Below, one piece after another: positions 63,953 to 64,000 of a DNA stretch of 64,000 nucleotides. Positions within the stretch are counted from its first letter, which is position 1. Each line of letters begins with the position of its first letter. The notes under the pieces were generated by a model. That model saw only the letters and a program-made list of their open reading frames with translations. It did not search any database and was not told the DNA's origin. The stretch covers positions 17,300,001 through 17,364,000 of the forward strand of contig CM052818.1 of NCBI GenBank assembly GCA_028534125.1. The letters are read 5' to 3'. Made by a program: the position numbers and the translations under genes. The stretch is from Lama glama. Lineage: Eukaryota.

Positions 63953-64000
63953 TATGGGTTGGCAAACTTTTTCTCTAATGGCCACAGATAGTGATGTTTC
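63953..64000 (+). mobile_element. MER58 (hAT-Charlie) 5' end, truncated by the window edge
   Basis: gggttggcaaactttttctctaatggccacagatagt. Confidence 0.65.

Larger units (their letters stand above)
22923..64000 (+). other. NRXN1: NRXN1-beta intron 1 (shared with an NRXN1-alpha intron); continues beyond the window
   Basis: No GTTYIFSKGGG.. (LNS6) exon seen in the ORF track or sequence; repeat-rich AT-rich DNA; the intron is known to be very large in mammals. Confidence 0.85.

Noticed and set aside
1..64000. CRISPR arrays, operons or other prokaryote-type systems; additional neurexin exons
   Set aside because: Eukaryotic intronic DNA with no repeat-spacer arrays and no LNS/EGF-coding segments seen; very small exons could be missed by eye.

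Overview
Mammalian genomic DNA, most likely from a camelid, judged from three tRNA-Ala-derived Vic-1-type SINEs and an artiodactyl-type L1 3' end. The only well-supported coding feature is the beta-specific first exon of neurexin-1 (NRXN1-beta, 22661-22922, + strand) inside a CpG-island promoter. From the known gene structure, the rest of the window lies in the large intronic interval of NRXN1-alpha / first intron of NRXN1-beta, and no other neurexin exon was found. The intronic DNA carries the usual repeats (L1, L2, L3, MIR, MLT1, MER5, MER58, MER82), microsatellites and a 500-N assembly gap. Repeat families were assigned by eye from recalled consensus sequences, so subfamilies and boundaries are approximate. 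I found no convincing novel multi-gene system. The most notable items are: a young ERV2-like LTR running into the gap beside an enhancer-like motif cluster; a ~210-bp non-TE templated duplication inserted into an L2; a strong cryptic splice acceptor/donor pair and a uORF-dense leader just upstream of the beta start codon; a twin-primed inverted L1; and a poly(A)-only insertion with a 17-bp target-site duplication (TSD).
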